Shown: one piece after another, positions 63,017 to 64,000 of the stretch
How the letters are laid out: each line of letters starts with the position of its first letter
Numbering within the stretch: position 1 is the first letter of the stretch
Assembly: GCF_009914755.1 (NCBI RefSeq)
Contig: NC_060930.1
Strand: one strand, 5' to 3'
Source of the DNA: the human T2T-CHM13v2.0 reference genome, Homo sapiens
DNA: 64,000 bases
Notes under the pieces: model-generated
Told to the model about the DNA's origin: nothing
The model's database searches: none
Seen by the model: only the letters and a program-made list of their open reading frames with translations
Position numbers and translations under genes: made by a program

Positions 63017-63144
63017 TTGAAATTGAGAAAAACAATTTTGAGAGAAATCTTCCTCAGATATATTATTCCATAGTTTTAAAACAAATAATATGATGACAGT
63101 TTAATTTTTAGGTTGCTTTTATGTGGCTTGTCTTGGGTTTTATT
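63017..63144 (-). other. REV3L: REV3L alternative 128-nt cassette exon between exons 1 and 2 (premature stop; N-terminally truncated isoform or NMD)
   Basis: Acceptor tttcatttcag|AATAAAACC and donor TTTCAA|gtaagt give exactly 128 nt. This matches the known 128-nt insertion after REV3L c.139. In phase 1 it reads G|AA TAA, an immediate stop. Confidence 0.88.
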
Positions 63145-64000
63145 CTGAAATGAAATTTAGATTAGTCATTTTCTTGTTCTGAGAAACTGCGAGTATGCCA
63201 ACATGTTTTAACTTTACATTTTTCACATATCAACATGTATTCTTATTTACAAAGTCTTTCATTTCACCATCTCAAACAAAACCTAATTTAGTATATAAAT
63301 TACTTTGAAGTATAAATATATATGCAAAATAATATATTTCTTTTAATTCTTGTTATACTTCCTTGTAATCGTAATAAATGGAAGAAAAATAGTAATCTTG
63401 TGAACTGTTATATATTACACAAGGCATTTTTGAGGTAACACTCTTTAATTATTTGAATTGTTTATATAGTAGTAATGCTCTCTGAACCCAAAGAAAATTA
63501 AATAACTGCCCCAAAGTAAATTGAGCTCAAATTCTTAGTATTTCCCAAAACTATCATCTAAAAAAATAGAATTGGCCAAAAAAGAAAAAAAAAAACCACG
63601 AAATTTTCCATTGACAATTACTACTCATTTTTCTCAGAATTTACTTTGCTAGGCTTGTATTCAATTTCTGCTACAGAAAACAGTCCAGTTTACCAATGCT
63701 AATTAAACAACAAAGTATTTTTCATTTATAAAATGAAATATTTAAAAACCCACAGAGAGCTGGAAGAAACACAAGATCATCTGGAAAACTTAGAAGGAAC
63801 GACAGAAAACACACACACACACCAAACAAAAACACCAAAAAGGTTAAATAGGCTGTCATTAAGAGGGTCTTACTTTTACTTATAATTTGTTTTGGTCTCA
63901 AAATCCACATCATGTTTGGACAGTAGACTGAGTTATTTCTAATTGCCTAAGACACTCATTCCTGCCTTATCTGTATCTACATGGAAATTACAAGTTAACA

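Overview
This is primate (human-like) genomic DNA, not prokaryotic. The window lies inside REV3L (catalytic subunit of translesion DNA polymerase zeta) on the minus strand. It holds coding exon 2 (7327-7516, 190 nt), coding exon 3 (2524-2598, 75 nt) and most of the long first intron; exon 1 lies beyond the right edge. A 128-nt cassette exon with an immediate in-frame stop sits at 63017-63144. The intron is dense in repeats. A near full-length old L1 carries a full-length, TSD-flanked BRD7 processed pseudogene antisense to REV3L. Also present are a near-complete Hsmar1 mariner, a complete MER85 piggyBac MITE, Tigger/hAT fossils, about 25 Alu/FLAM copies, and L2/MIR/LTR fragments. Most ORF-track entries are repeat-derived noise. 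The most interesting unexplained signals are: an ATF4-like uORF layout created when the 128-nt exon is included; a candidate second poison exon in intron 2; a CpG-retaining, promoter-like head on the BRD7 retrocopy; and several fold-back (templated inversion) scars. Gene and repeat names come from recall, not from database searches, and repeat boundaries are approximate. No CRISPR, rRNA or tRNA was found.
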